From: Flaccisagitta enflata
Lineage: Eukaryota
NCBI GenBank assembly: GCA_965153355.1
Contig: OZ231126.1
Coordinates: forward strand, 40,362,001 to 40,426,000
Length of the DNA: 64,000 nucleotides
Reading direction: 5' to 3'
Shown here: piece by piece, positions 59,797-64,000 of the stretch
Position numbering within the stretch: the first letter of the stretch is position 1
Layout of the letters: the number at the start of each line of letters is the position of its first letter
The notes under the pieces: generated by a model
The model's input: the letters and a program-made list of their open reading frames with translations, nothing else
Told to the model about the DNA's origin: nothing
Database searches by the model: none
Program-made: the position numbers and the translations under genes

Positions 59797-62700
59797 GCAC
59801 AAATGTACGAGCGCAAACCACGAACTGTTCAATTGCGTTTTACGCGCAATTTCCATGACACTGTTTTGGTTGGCACTTTTAAAGAGATGCTTCCTCTTAT
59901 TATTTTCATCGCGTTGCCTCGGATAAAATCGGAAAAAAAATGAAACCAGATTTAGAATCAGCATGGTCAAAACTATATGTCCCCTTGAGTACAGCGGCGT
60001 ACAGGCCTTTTTACAAGCGCAAAAGTATCTTATTTCACAGTGAGTCTCATTTCTCTTAACCTCTCTTATTTTTACTCGCTGAAAAATGACATTCTGACTC
60101 TCTGGGCCCTTTCTACATAATACTAGACAAGCAAAATGATTAATTTTTCATTTTTTTATCATATTTTCATAGTCTGTTCGCTCGTTTAAAAAATCAGTCA
60201 ACTTTTTTTCCAACCTGATTACTCCACAATCTGCCGTGCAAATGTTCCTACTTATGTATTTATGTATCTATGTATTTATGTATTTATGTATTCATGTATT
60301 TTTGTATTTATGTATTTATGTATTTATGTATTTATGTATTTGTGTATTTATGTATTTTTGTATTTATGTATATATGTATTTATGTACTTACGTAATTATG
60401 TATTTATGTAATAGGCAAATGTCAAGAAACGTCAAGTTGGTAGGGGTAGAACTAGCCATTTTTTTAATGTTTCAAATTCAACAAAACTATACATCACTGT
60501 ATAGCTCATGAAGTAACATTTAAGAATCCTTTGAAGAATTTTGTTAACTGAGCTCATTTTTCATGCAAATTAAGCTTAATTAGACAGATTTTGAACACAA
60601 GAAAATACAAAATTAAGCATATTGTAGCGAAAAAATCAATATGAGAATATTTTTTACCTAAATTATGTTTAAACGCAATAGTATGAGGATGTTTCATGGA
60701 AAAAAATCGAAATTTCATGAATTTTCAAAAAATCTCTATAAGCACCATTTTTGGTTGGTTGGGCAGTGCGGTAAAAATTTGTTTCCCCAAGCTCTTCTTG
60801 ATACTAGTAATAAAGATACTCTTCAACAACTTTCATGCAAAATTTCAGCCAAATCGGCTTACTCATTCAAAAGTTATGCCACTTTTTCGTTTTTTCATCT
60901 GGTAGGTTGGTTGGGCTGGTTGGGCCGGTTGGACTCATCTTCAGAAGACCAATTTTTTTTGCCTGATCTCTCTTAGTAAAGTCTGTTTTCCCGCAAAAAA
61001 TCAAGGGTGTAGCTCAAAGGGTTCATGAGATATGGGCATTTTTGTAAATTGCACAAATTGAATCTTTTTTCCTTCAAAGTTCGCGAAATCTTGACTTCCG
61101 CTTAGAAGAAAATAACTGCGAGAATCGTCCGACGAGCGTATCAATTCTGTTCACACTTCTGGACCAACAAAATATAAAATTTCATTGTGACTGAACGCCT
61201 GGGAGGCAAGACTTCAAATTTTCAGTGTAGACTCAAAATTTCACGCTCTTTCACGTGGTGTGATCAGATTTTGTGTAAATTGTGTCGTTTCCACGCCATA
61301 GTGGCATATCTTAAGCGTTAGGTATGCGTTAGGAACAAATTTGGGGGTGTTCGCGAATTGATACGCTCCAAGAACATTTTTATTTCTCTGCATAGGATCA
61401 ACCCAATAACATGAAAATGGAGGGAAATGTCCCTCAAGTTGTTTATCATCGAATGCTAAAAGAAAAAATGCTTAATGTTCAATCAAAATGAGCTAAAAAA
61501 AAATAAATGTCATAATGTTCAGCTTTGAGAGAAAAAAAGCAAAAAAATCGAGGGAGGGAAAAATTGATATTTAAACCATTTTTTGGTAACTTATTGTTTG
61601 AGTAATGAGTTGAAATTTTTTGTGTATACTGTGGGATTGTTAAATGTCAATGAAAACTCATAATATCATATGATAAGACATTTTTTGATTTGATTTGCTT
61701 GCTATTTTCTACTGGAGACAGAATGGAGACAAGCCAAAAAGAGCCCTTTGATCAAATTTTTAGACCCCCTAGGGGTAGGGAGGGTCACAAAAAATGGTTT
61801 GGAATTGTGCACTAAGAAGTTATGAATGTCTTTGAACCGTTTAATTCAAATTTAATGATGTATCTTAAGCTTGGGCTAACGTAGATTGGTAGAAAGTCGG
61901 GCCCACCAGCATGCTGTGGAACCGTGACATTTTCCAATAATGTATTCGTGTAATTATGTTATTATGTGTTAAAAGGTAGCATGAAGCACGTTACGTTTGC
62001 CCTGTTGGGATTGTTTCTCTTGAGGAAAAAAAATCGTTGAAGCGAAGATCGAGATAGAAGAGAGCCTTTTTTTCATTTGAATGAACATCATTTTTCCTTA
62101 AATATCGTTTCAGAATTTTCGAAGAAAAATATGTATCCACCTTGCCTAACTCACAACGACAACACTCTCATGGTTGTTTTGGTTCGTTTTTAAAGATATA
62201 GCAATGGCAAATATGCAAATAAGCACAGCTCTCGATAAAAATGATTACACGTAGAACTCGTAACACGTTGGACTATGCTAAATTTCTGAAGTCGCAGACA
62301 AATTCATCAGCCATACATCATTTTTCATTCATCATCTATCCTCGCAGGGTAGGTTTAGCGGAATCCCACAATCATAAATTTTGTTTTATTGACTTTTATG
62401 TTCTAGTGACTTTAAATATGGCCCCTGCCCACCCGCATGCGACTGGGGTGGCCGTGTATTCGGCCTTGTTTCCCATGAGTTTTTATCTTTAGAATTTTTG
62501 ATGCTTTGACATCAACTTTCGTCCTCTTTATCTACATTCCAATTCCCGCCAAAAAATTTCCTTCTCTTTTCCTTTTCTTCTTTCTTTTTCCTTATTTTTT
62601 TCTCCAAATTTCATGATTCTTCTTTTTTTTTCAATATTCCACTTCTATCATTAATTTCATAGGGAGGAAAGATGGTAAGAAGTTTTCTGAATGTAATCCA

Positions 62701-63827
62701 GTCGGAAAAAGCACACGAGCGTTTAATTGCTTTTTTAACGGAATATTAGAATATCGAAACTCGGATTTAGAGACGTTGACTCAGACGGGAGACAGACGCG
62801 AACCCATTATGGAACCCTAACTTAAGACCTATTGGGCTCCCTTTATCGGGGGGGGGTTGTTGTATCAGAAAACTACACCAGATTGTACCTGGGGACTTGA
62901 GATGCTTAGAATTTGATTTAAAAAAACACTCAGACATAGGCTTAGACTTGGACTCGAGCTAGAACTAGATCTGGAACCAGTACTGAAACTCGTACTTAAA
63001 CTTGGACTCTTACTTGGACTGGGACAGGGAGTCAGCTCAGATTCGGACACGGATTGGCAATTTGGTTTTGGGATGTTGGCTCAGTGACCAACATGAGGTT
63101 GTAGCCGGGTCTGAAGGAGACACGATACTTTATTTTTCCATAATTTCTTTTCCTTTCATGTTTTTTTTTTTTTTATCTCGTGTCTCATGATTCATGAATA
63201 AGATTCCTAGTTTCGCAACATTAGAGCTCGTTTTCAAATGTAAACGGGTTTTATTTATTTATTTATTTTTTTTTCATTTAAAGATTGTGATGATGAAAAG
63301 TGCAAAAGAGAATAAAATGAGACAAATGTCAAAAAAACCATTTCAAAGGGGCCTTTATTTTCGTCGAATTTCATACCTCCCACATACATTTCCACTGCAT
63401 ATTTTTTTTAGTCGCGTGCACGCGACTCTACACTCTGCCTTGTCCATTCGTCGATCCGTCCATCGGTCTGTCTGTCGATCCATCACACTTTTTTTTATCA
63501 GTTTTATTTCTTGAAGTCATTTTAAGTCATTTAAGAGTATATTAAGTCATTCTAAGTCATTCTATGTCATTATTTAAGTCTCACATGCGACTTATAGGTG
63601 TTGTCCTTGTTCTGATACAAACGTGTCTTTTATTTTTCTTTTTTAAATTGTGGTGATGAAAAGCGCCGCGTGTGGGAAGAAAGTTGAACTGAGGTGGAGT
63701 ATGAAAGAGATAACTTCTAAGTTCTTTTTCTTTTCTTTTTTTTTTTTTTTACTATTTCTCGGAGATTATGTTCTTTTTATCTCTCTTTCATTTTTTGAGG
63801 AAACCTGATTGTACACGAAATTGAGGA

Positions 63828-63964
<137 letters not shown>

Positions 63965-64000
63965 GGAGAGAACTTAAACTGCCTTTAAATGAACCGAGTT

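Overview
Repeat-rich eukaryotic (metazoan, probably invertebrate) genomic DNA, not prokaryotic. Most six-frame ORFs are microsatellite artefacts. Supported coding content: (1) two 3' exons of a DEG/ENaC/ASIC-family sodium channel (25735-27208, +) whose Cys-rich thumb appears largely replaced by an Asn/Asp-rich tract; (2) a gag-only BEL/Pao retrotransposon remnant (15814-18533, -) with one in-frame stop and one frameshift; (3) several putative exons of unidentified minus-strand genes; (4) a short transposase-like relic. The most unusual structure lies just upstream of gag (18588-19738). It is an inverted, target-duplicated, poly(A)-bearing copy of a transcript encoded about 150 bp away, permuted at the 5' splice site (intron-last exon-polyA-upstream exons), and it creates a ~395-bp inverted repeat. 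The window also holds a ~5-kb 88-bp higher-order satellite that mimics a CRISPR array but is not one, a ~4.3-kb segmental duplication about 48.6 kb apart, a ~2.9-kb foldback element, many palindromic MITEs and two abundant HINE/DINE-1-like families. All coordinates were read by eye and no database search was run.
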